A stretch of DNA of 64,000 nt, from the NCBI GenBank assembly GCA_000004985.1, contig GG738883.1; one strand, 5' to 3'. Made by a program: the position numbers and the translations under genes. Origin of the DNA: Naegleria gruberi (Eukaryota). Shown piece after piece: positions 56,574 to 64,000 of the stretch (position 1 is its first letter; the number at the start of each line of letters is the position of its first letter). The notes beneath the pieces were generated by a model, which was not told the DNA's origin, ran no database searches, and was given only the letters and a program-made list of their open reading frames with translations.

Positions 56574-57941
56574 ATGAATACTCAACTCTCCAATAATAAC
56601 CAATCCTCTTCCTCTGAACCCCACGAAATTTCAACTCACAAACAAAATGATGAAGCAAACAATATTCCAGTTGACGTTGCTTCTGGTGATCCTAATTCCC
56701 AATCATGGGTGAATTTACAACAACAGTTCATGGGAAATCCACATTACATGCCACCAAATATGACACCACAACAATACTATTATATGACTCTGTGGTTAAT
56801 GCAACAAAACGGAGGCAAGGATGATCCCAATAAGAAGAAAACAGACAATCCATCAATAATAGATCCATCAGGTGCTGCTCCAAACGGAGAAGCTGAAAAT
56901 CCATTAGGTATCTACCCACCACAAGTATATTTCCCATTTCCTGGCAACAATCCACCAAATAATTCACAAATTCCATCCCTAAATGTTGTTCAATCACAAG
57001 AAGACACAAACATTTCACAAGAAGCTGCAACACAAGAAAAGAAAACTAAAAGAAGAACAAAAGCCGCATCAACAACTCCTAAATCTTCAACTAAAAAACG
57101 AAAAAACACAAAGGAAGCAACAACTCCTGTTGAAGAAAGTTCTAACACACCAGATACACCAAAGAAAAAAAAGAAAAAGGAAACAACTTCTTCAAATGCA
57201 GGATCTAGTAGTAGAGGATCGAGAGGAGGACTTAGACATTTTAGTTTTAAAGTTTGCGAACTTGTTCAAAGAAAGAAAACAACTACAATTAATGATGTTG
57301 CTGATGAACTGGTTCAAGCAGAACTTCAAGATGAAGACAGTAAATCTGATGACAAGAACATTAGACGACGTGTTTATGATGCTCTCAACGTTTTAATGGC
57401 TTTAAATATTATTTCAAAAGATAAGAAAGAGATTAAGTGGAAGGGTTTACCTGTAGATTCACAAAAAGAATGTGAAGCATTGAATCAAATCAAATTACAA
57501 CGTTTAGAAATGATTCAAAAAAAAACTCAACAATTACAAGAACTTGAAAAACAACATCGATCATTATCAAGTTTATGTCAAAGAAATTCAAGCATGAATT
57601 TTGCAGAATCTAAGAGGATTGAATTACCTTTTATTATTGTTCATACATCAAAATCAACACAAATTGAATGCGAAATGGATGAAAATAGGTCTGAGGTATT
57701 TTTCAATTTCGACAAGCCTTTCGAAATTCATGATGATAATGAGATTTTATATAGGTTAAATCTAGGTTCAGATCAAAATCAATCTTCAAATCAACCAAGT
57801 GAGTCGAATAATATGAACATTTCAACATCAGGTCAAGCAGAAGATGACTTCTTTTCATTGGAACAACCCACAAACACTTCCTCTCCAAAAAAACCTTCTA
57901 ATAGCACTTCAAACAATGAAAAAGATATGGACACTCAATAA
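56574..57941 (+). CDS. Transcription factor DP (E2F dimerisation partner) homolog, 455 aa.
   Basis: The DNA-binding/dimerisation region [31 protein letters not shown]...[33 protein letters not shown] is highly similar to TFDP1 ([30 protein letters not shown]...[32 protein letters not shown]). Confidence 0.85.
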   Translation: [455 protein letters not shown]

Positions 57942-57955
57942 ACTTGTACATTTTG

Positions 57956-59371
57956 TTATTTATTGTTGCTTAGTAGATGCATTACTTCAGACAGAACTCT
58001 TCTTGTTTTTTCATTCGCCATAAAAGCCTCATTATAATCTGATTCAATTTGATTTAGTTCCATTTCTAGAGAAGCAATTAATTTCTTCTGATCTTCTATC
58101 CTTACAACAAGATCCTGCTTAGTCTTTCGTTCGGTTTCAATCTTTTTCTTAATGTCTGAAATTGAGCTTGGGGGAGAACTCGAGGGAGAAGGCTCCTTCA
58201 CTTTGTCAAATGAAAATTTGTAAAAATCCACATCTGGCCTTCTGAAAAATATCGTGTATTTGATTTCTGATTCCTCATTGAAATCCAACCAATCAACCAG
58301 ATATTTTTTGATATTGTTTCCAATTAGAATGAGTATCGATGCTCCATGCAGAGTGGAGTTTGTTTTTTGGGAGTGGGGATCAAAAATTACATGCACTATT
58401 TCTCCATATTCTTGGTCTAGAATTGAGTATATTAGCTTAGTAAATGTGTTCTGTTGGAGTAATAATATACAACTCCTTCGTTTCGTTTCCAAAACTCGAT
58501 CAACCTTGGAAGAAAGACTTGTGAGCTCTCTAAGAGTAATTGCAGCTGCGGCTTGAAGATCCAATAATTTGTTTAACCTATCGTTCATTCGCAACATGTG
58601 CTCTGCATCAAGAATTCCCTGTTGGGGATCTTGAAAAGCTCCAAGTTGTAGAACGTTGTCAATCAAAGAGTTGGTAATTTTTGATGGTTCTAGCACTCTG
58701 TAAAGCAATTGTGCACCCATTTCAAGGCAAGTCGGCAGTGATGATGTACTCACCCCAAATGTTTGATAATCATTTTCACTAGCGATTAATAAACACTTCT
58801 CGATGTACTTATAATTTTTCCTATACATGGTTTCGAATTCAAATTTCTTGATTGACCTAAGTGGTGATTCCCTCTCTGTTGTTGATTGTCTCGAATATTG
58901 TTTATCATTAATTTGATTCCTATCAATTGAATAATCATATGATCCGTAAGGGCTTCCACTTTTACTATAATTTCTTGATGGATCTGAAGGAGAGAAGGAT
59001 CTGGTTGGCGTTGAAAATCGAACTGAGGGTTCTCTTGGAGGAGATTTAATAAGTTCATTGCTAAGTGACCTACGCTTTGCATCCGAAGAAGATGGTTTTT
59101 GAGGAGGAGAAGCAATAGGTGAATTAAAATTTCTGAAAGGACCATCCGAAGGAAATATTGTTGAGTCTCCATATGATCTTCTGTGGGATTGTTTTGATGT
59201 TGTAGTTATCGATGAAGATACTGGAGTATATTTTGAATAAGTTAATGAGTTTGAATTTCCATAGACATGTTGTTGCTGTTGCTGATCAAAGTGATGGTCA
59301 TACTTTGGTCGTTGAGACATTTTATTCACTTTATTTTTTTGTAGAAAGTTTGGCGGGAAATCATTCTTCAT
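57956..59371 (-). CDS. Hypothetical protein of 471 aa with a Ser/Pro-rich N-terminal half and a C-terminal coiled coil.
   Basis: The ORF is uninterrupted. The central conserved-looking block is LRELTSLSSKVDRVLETKRRSCILLLQQNTFTKLIYSILDQEYGEIVHVIFDP. The C-terminal heptad-like segment is DLVVRIEDQKKLIASLEMELNQIESDYNEAF. No family assigned. Confidence 0.55.
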   Translation of the reverse strand: MKNDFPPNFLQKNKVNKMSQRPKYDHHFDQQQQQHVYGNSNSLTYSKYTPVSSSITTTSKQSHRRSYGDSTIFPSDGPFRNFNSPIASPPQKPSSSDAKRRSLSNELIKSPPREPSVRFSTPTRSFSPSDPSRNYSKSGSPYGSYDYSIDRNQINDKQYSRQSTTERESPLRSIKKFEFETMYRKNYKYIEKCLLIASENDYQTFGVSTSSLPTCLEMGAQLLYRVLEPSKITNSLIDNVLQLGAFQDPQQGILDAEHMLRMNDRLNKLLDLQAAAAITLRELTSLSSKVDRVLETKRRSCILLLQQNTFTKLIYSILDQEYGEIVHVIFDPHSQKTNSTLHGASILILIGNNIKKYLVDWLDFNEESEIKYTIFFRRPDVDFYKFSFDKVKEPSPSSSPPSSISDIKKKIETERKTKQDLVVRIEDQKKLIASLEMELNQIESDYNEAFMANEKTRRVLSEVMHLLSNNK

Positions 59372-59484
59372 TCTTTTCTTCTAACAGAATTTAAATCTGA
59401 TGAATTTTCTTATCGCTCTCTAATCACTATTCAACTTAGCTAAAAACTAGGAAACGCGCTAGGAAGCATGCTGATAATTACCAA

Positions 59485-61437
59485 TTATTTTGATGGTTCC
59501 TTATCATCCTTCTTATCCTTCTTATCTCCTAAATCAATTTCATCATCACTACTGTGTTTAGTCGAAACTGTCCTTGCAGACATGCTATCTGATACAACCA
59601 TATGGTTTGAATTATTTGGAGGTAAAGTCAGATTTGGAAAACTCTTTTCTCCTGCTTGTTCCTTCTTATCTTCCTTCTTTTCTTCCTCTACTCTAGCAGA
59701 GCTTTGATTGTCATTGGAATTGCTTGTAGAAGCCACACTAATATCGCTTCTTGTTTTTCCTTGAGCTGAAAGAGGTTTAATCAACTTCATGATCGATTTA
59801 ACTTTAGTTTGAACTCGGGTTTTTGTAACAGTTGTTTTTTGGTTGGCTTGGGTTCTCTTCTCAGCTTCTTCCTGAATTTTCTTTTTGGCCTCAGGGAATC
59901 TTGCAAGCACATTGTCGAAATCCTCCTTATACAAAACGAACACTTCACAAATTTCTTTTGCTCTCACAGAAGCCATTCTCTTGGAGTTGGAAATTAAGGC
60001 TACCTCTCCAAAGAAAGAACCAGAGGTAAGAGTGGCCCAAATTTGACCTTGAGGGCCGACAATTTCAACTGTTCCTTTACCAAGGAAAAACATTTCTCTA
60101 CCAACCTCACCAAACTGCATCGCATAGTAATTTTCCAAAATGATTGTGTGGTTCAAGTAAAGACAAATTTCTTGAATGAATAATTCTTCCATATCTTTCA
60201 TGAAAGGGACTTTCTTTACAAGGTCTTTGTGCAAAAATTGAGAAACTTTTCTCTTTGTCTCAAGTTCCAAGTCTTCCAAGATATCCTCATCAGATTTTAG
60301 TTCTCTGTTAGCTCTCTGAATGATACCTAAAAAGTTACGAGAGTCAACAATTAGTTTAGTATTGACCTTTCTAAATTTCAAATAACCTGAAATGTCATCC
60401 AATTTTCTGTTAAACTTAGAACTCTGTTGATTCATTTGGTTTACAAGATTCGACACGACACCAACAATGCCGGCAAAGAACAGTACTCCAAAAATGGCAT
60501 TCAAAATGGAGTAGAGGGCACCAAGCTCATCTTGAGGGACGTCAGTTGCGAAACCCACAAGGAAGACAGTAGCAAAGTAAAAACTTCCTACATATTGCTT
60601 CACTCTTGTAACAAAGTTATAAGAAGCAATATCAGAAGATAGGTTCATAAACACTAAGTATTTCAAATTATCTGTTGTGTCCATCTGAATTAAAATATTA
60701 CCATATTCATGATACTGATTAAGGTTCCAAAAATATAGGCATGAAAACCAGTGAATAATAACACTGAGATAAATAATAGACTTGACAATACGTAAATAGA
60801 TGGGGTTAAGCCTACTCTTCGATTCTACAGTTTGATAATAGTCACCCAATCTGAGACTAATAACAGGAATAATTCTAAACAATCTAAATGCTGGATGATT
60901 GAGTAAAAACCAATCATATAATGTACAATACGAGAGAATATCTATTAACAACAATTTCCAGTAAGAAAGCAATCTTCCAAGTCTCTTTTTTTCAGGATCT
61001 GCTCCAACCATCTTTGGCTCCAAAAGGTGAGCTATCACATTGGTGATAGCCAAAACATCCGCAACAATATTCAAAACCAAAAATCCAACATGTGTATATT
61101 CTTCAAAACAAGCAAGGTAAGGTGCAATAATAGCATTATACAAAATTACTATTGTCATAATAAAATCCAAAACTATTCTAATATTGCTGTCAGGCATGAT
61201 GTAAAAGGATGTTGTTATGTTTTTTATCCTCATCGGAATAGAAACATGTTCTTTTTGACTCTCCTTATCTGCCAGTTTTACATCAACGTGACTTGATGAT
61301 GCTGGAGAATCTGGTTTTACTCTTCGTTTTCCTCTCTGAAAGAATTTACTCAGGAACATTTCAGTTATTTTTTTTATAGTTACCAGTAGCATGTTTGGCG
61401 GGAAAATATGAACATTGAGATGCTCAATGATTGGCAT
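59485..61437 (-). CDS. Cyclic-nucleotide-binding-domain ion channel (six-TM ion-transport domain plus C-terminal CNBD), 650 aa.
   Basis: The multi-TM core contains the pore-loop-like FYFATVFLVGFATDVP. The CNBD is FGEVGREMFFLGKGTVEIVGPQGQ...GSFFGEVALISNSKRMASVRAKE, with the FGE and R-x-A-(S/T)-V-R-A signatures of cNMP-binding domains. The C-terminus is Lys/Glu-rich. Confidence 0.8.
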   Translation of the reverse strand: MPIIEHLNVHIFPPNMLLVTIKKITEMFLSKFFQRGKRRVKPDSPASSSHVDVKLADKESQKEHVSIPMRIKNITTSFYIMPDSNIRIVLDFIMTIVILYNAIIAPYLACFEEYTHVGFLVLNIVADVLAITNVIAHLLEPKMVGADPEKKRLGRLLSYWKLLLIDILSYCTLYDWFLLNHPAFRLFRIIPVISLRLGDYYQTVESKSRLNPIYLRIVKSIIYLSVIIHWFSCLYFWNLNQYHEYGNILIQMDTTDNLKYLVFMNLSSDIASYNFVTRVKQYVGSFYFATVFLVGFATDVPQDELGALYSILNAIFGVLFFAGIVGVVSNLVNQMNQQSSKFNRKLDDISGYLKFRKVNTKLIVDSRNFLGIIQRANRELKSDEDILEDLELETKRKVSQFLHKDLVKKVPFMKDMEELFIQEICLYLNHTIILENYYAMQFGEVGREMFFLGKGTVEIVGPQGQIWATLTSGSFFGEVALISNSKRMASVRAKEICEVFVLYKEDFDNVLARFPEAKKKIQEEAEKRTQANQKTTVTKTRVQTKVKSIMKLIKPLSAQGKTRSDISVASTSNSNDNQSSARVEEEKKEDKKEQAGEKSFPNLTLPPNNSNHMVVSDSMSARTVSTKHSSDDEIDLGDKKDKKDDKEPSK

Positions 61438-61816
61438 TGAAATTAAGAGTTCTTATTTGAACATTTTAAGTGCTTCTCGAGTAATTAAAATCTAGTGATG
61501 TTATTAGCTCACTTTTTTGATAGTCACGTCAAAGTTGGTATTGAATTTATTCTGGTTATAAGAATTACAACAAACCTAAAGCTTTACACTCAAAAAAATG
61601 TAGGTTTGATAATCATCTTAATTCTCTATTAAGTTTTGAAAGAATCTATGCAAGTAAATAGTGGAAGGCACAAATTTAGAATTGTCACCAAAGAATATTG
61701 AAAAATATTTTCCAACGTCATACCTTCTGCCTTGTTCATCTTCTCTGAGAATTTGTTTTCTCAGCACAGAAACTTCTCCGCAATATTCATAGCCTGAGCA
61801 ACACCATAGAAAAAAT

Positions 61817-64000
61817 ATGAACAATCGACAACTTCCCTCCAATTTTAACTTTTACGGGGAGACAACAACAGACTATCCCTCTGATTTTAATATGACAACA
61901 AATTTATTTGATGATTTTCTTGCTTCTTTAACTGAAACACATCTACTCACGGATAGTAATGTAAATACAAACAATAGCATGCTCCTTCCGCATAATGTAT
62001 CTTCTAATTTAATACCAACAACATCATCAACAAGTACATCATCATCGTCGACAATGTTGCCACCAATAACGGCACAAGATCTAACCGGTACTACATCTTC
62101 ACAAAACGATTCAAATTCTGGTCAACTTGTTACAAACGTTTCTCTAATTACAAATAATCAAAAATATCCATCAGGAATAATTCAAGATAATGTACATTTG
62201 TTTTTTGGTTCTCATGGTTCTTCAGATACATATAAATTGGAAGTTCAGGTAACGCCAATTGTTGATCAAATGATAATGAGTAATCAAACTAAACTTGTCA
62301 TACAAGTTAAAAGAGAAAATAGCAAGGAACTTTTGAAGAAGGCTCGTTGGGTATTGTCTTTGGAGAATAGAAAAGAAGAATGTATTTATCTCGTTCAAAA
62401 TAATAATTTTCCAAAAACAAGAAGAGGAAGAGGTATTAACGAATCTTGTTTATTTGCCTTCTCTCTGGAAAATTTACAAAATGTTCCTGAACAATTATTT
62501 CCAACATTTAAATTTCAATTTTACTCCAAGCTCATACCAGGAAGTTTCCCAACAGATTCGTTCACTGTTCCACCATCAACACAACTTTCTAGGCCAGAAG
62601 TATCCACATCCTCATCATCACCACCTACACAACAAATCATTTCCAATCCACCTATGATAGTAATGGAACAACCAAAACCTGTTATGAATAATATTCTCTT
62701 CCCAGCTTCTGCCTTTAATCAGTCAACCCAATCCTTTGATCCTATGTCACTTTTTAACTCTCTTACCGAACAATCCCAACAACAATCAGATGATCTAATT
62801 TATCAATCTTCAGGAAAAAAGAGGAAAAAGATAGAAATCTTTGAACCAAAGTTATTCTCAATCAATCCAATGTATGGAACTATTGGAAGCACTGTTGTTT
62901 TATTGGGCAATTTTAACGTTTTAAGTGAAAAAGCAGTCAAGGTCCATTTTGATCAAGTTGTTGTTGAGCATCCACATGCCGTTACGCCAAATACTATTGT
63001 TTGTACTGCTCCTGATCATGAAGATGGTAACTCTTTTGTTCAAGTTGTAGAAGAATTTGAACACTTCCAAATGAAAACTGAGCACAAAATTTTCAGATAT
63101 ATTTCACAAAGCTTCCAAATGGGTATCAACCAACTCGTCTTTAATTCAGGCCCAAGACCTTACCAATCACCACCTTCATATCTTTCTCCTGGAGCTCCAA
63201 ACACTGACTCATCTTCTAGTTCTAACTCTTATAACTCAGGGCAAATGTTTTATGATAGTCTTAGACAAAATAATTTACATAGAGCAGCTTATGATGGTGA
63301 TTTGAGGGCTGTTGTTTCAATTCTTGAAAGCAGATCATGTGATCCATTTGAATTGGACAATTTTAAGAGAAGTCCATTCCACATTGCTTGTGCTATGGGT
63401 CACTTATCAGTTGTTCAAGCATTATGGACTCATATTGTTGATATTCTTCCTGAAGAAGAGGATGAAGATGAAGACGTACTTGCATCTGTTCTCTTATATC
63501 AACAGGATAGTTTCTCAATGACACCTCTCGATTTAGCTTCAAAGATTATAGACGACAATGAACATGATGTTATTTTCTTCCTTAAAGACAAATTAGTCAC
63601 CTATCCAAACTTGAATACAAAGCTAGGTAATGGTGATCTAGTTCTAGTAGAAAACGAGGTACACGAACGTAAACTAAATCAATTGAAGCACTTATTCCCA
63701 TCCTTTGACGATTTCTTCATTAGAGAAATTCTTGAGAGATGTGGTTGGAGTGAGACAGAAGCTGCTGCTTTGGTTTTATGCCAACAATTTGAATCCAATA
63801 TCTGTGCCAAATCATCTATGACTTCTAAGGAAGTTTTCATGGTAATAGAGAAACAAAAGGCCATCAATCAACTCATTGATTTTATGAACATGTCTCCCTT
63901 CTCAACACTTTTAGCAAACAAACTTTCTAGATTCTTTGATCCAGAGAAGCATTTCGAAAATTATGAAAAGGAAATCAAACACAAGTTTTCTAAAAAGATT
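61817..64000 (+). CDS. IPT/TIG domain, ankyrin-repeat and CUE-domain protein, 5'-complete and 3'-truncated by the window (more than 727 aa). It has an NF-kappaB/CAMTA-like arrangement of IPT + ANK.
   Basis: The open frame runs from the ATG at 61817 to the window end without a stop, and is not in the ORF track because it has no stop. The IPT/TIG region is INPMYGTIGSTVVLLGNFNVLSEKAVKVHFDQVVVEHPHAVTPNTIVCTAP. Ankyrin repeats include NLHRAAYDGDLRAVVSIL, SPFHIACAMGHLSVVQAL and MTPLDLAS. The CUE-like region is LNQLKHLFPSFDDFFIREILERCGWSETEAAALVL. Confidence 0.7.
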   Translation, partial: MNNRQLPSNFNFYGETTTDYPSDFNMTTNLFDDFLASLTETHLLTDSNVNTNNSMLLPHNVSSNLIPTTSSTSTSSSSTMLPPITAQDLTGTTSSQNDSNSGQLVTNVSLITNNQKYPSGIIQDNVHLFFGSHGSSDTYKLEVQVTPIVDQMIMSNQTKLVIQVKRENSKELLKKARWVLSLENRKEECIYLVQNNNFPKTRRGRGINESCLFAFSLENLQNVPEQLFPTFKFQFYSKLIPGSFPTDSFTVPPSTQLSRPEVSTSSSSPPTQQIISNPPMIVMEQPKPVMNNILFPASAFNQSTQSFDPMSLFNSLTEQSQQQSDDLIYQSSGKKRKKIEIFEPKLFSINPMYGTIGSTVVLLGNFNVLSEKAVKVHFDQVVVEHPHAVTPNTIVCTAPDHEDGNSFVQVVEEFEHFQMKTEHKIFRYISQSFQMGINQLVFNSGPRPYQSPPSYLSPGAPNTDSSSSSNSYNSGQMFYDSLRQNNLHRAAYDGDLRAVVSILESRSCDPFELDNFKRSPFHIACAMGHLSVVQALWTHIVDILPEEEDEDEDVLASVLLYQQDSFSMTPLDLASKIIDDNEHDVIFFLKDKLVTYPNLNTKLGNGDLVLVENEVHERKLNQLKHLFPSFDDFFIREILERCGWSETEAAALVLCQQFESNICAKSSMTSKEVFMVIEKQKAINQLIDFMNMSPFSTLLANKLSRFFDPEKHFENYEKEIKHKFSKKI

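Noticed and set aside
1-64000. Considered a giant-virus or bacterial origin (HNH nuclease, primase-like gene, MACPF)
   Set aside because: Spliceosomal introns, a full TOR kinase, G-alpha, eukaryotic initiator tRNA, 5S rRNA with a Pol III terminator and F-box proteins indicate a eukaryotic nuclear genome. No CRISPR repeats or operon structure are present.
1-64000. Considered Dictyostelium as the source
   Set aside because: Intergenic regions here are only moderately AT-rich and lack the long homopolymeric A/T tracts typical of Dictyostelium. A heterolobosean (Naegleria-like) source fits better, but this remains a guess.

Overview
This window is a gene-dense, AT-rich (roughly one-third GC) nuclear region from a unicellular eukaryote. 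I infer this from spliceosomal introns of 37-72 nt with GTAAGT-type donors, A-runs immediately 5' of start codons, and use of the standard genetic code. It is not prokaryotic or viral. Gene content and base composition suggest a Naegleria-like heterolobosean amoeba, but that is a guess; Dictyostelium-type intergenic regions would be far more AT-rich. About 35 protein-coding genes, 4 tRNA genes plus one defective copy, and one 5S rRNA can be supported. Protein genes that can be named with reasonable confidence include a HELQ/Hel308 helicase, a giant NHL + EGF receptor Ser/Thr kinase, a divergent G-alpha, EIF1AD, two tandem NHL paralogs, and a MYND + FKBP fusion. Others are a complete TOR kinase (two exons, FRB, PIKK catalytic, FATC), an RluA-family pseudouridine synthase, a MACPF protein, a frameshifted actin-related protein, a Yae1/LTO1-like protein, a truncated HSP90-like paralog and transcription factor DP. 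The remaining confident genes are a CNBD ion channel, an F-box protein fused to a small GTPase, further F-box and LRR genes, and a partial IPT/TIG-ankyrin-CUE protein at the window end. The most unusual structural observation is a pair of ~430 bp inverted repeats at ~25.3-25.7 kb and ~37.6-38.0 kb. Each carries divergently oriented initiator tRNA-Met and tRNA-Pro(UGG), and one Met copy has an 8-nt D-arm deletion. They bracket an 11.9 kb block containing TOR and two other genes, all on the minus strand, while the flanking genes are on the plus strand. No CRISPR array, prokaryotic operon or obvious transposon was seen. The ORF track uses alternative start codons (GTG/TTG shown as M) and omits ORFs that run off the window edges. 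Several gene models below were corrected by hand for this.
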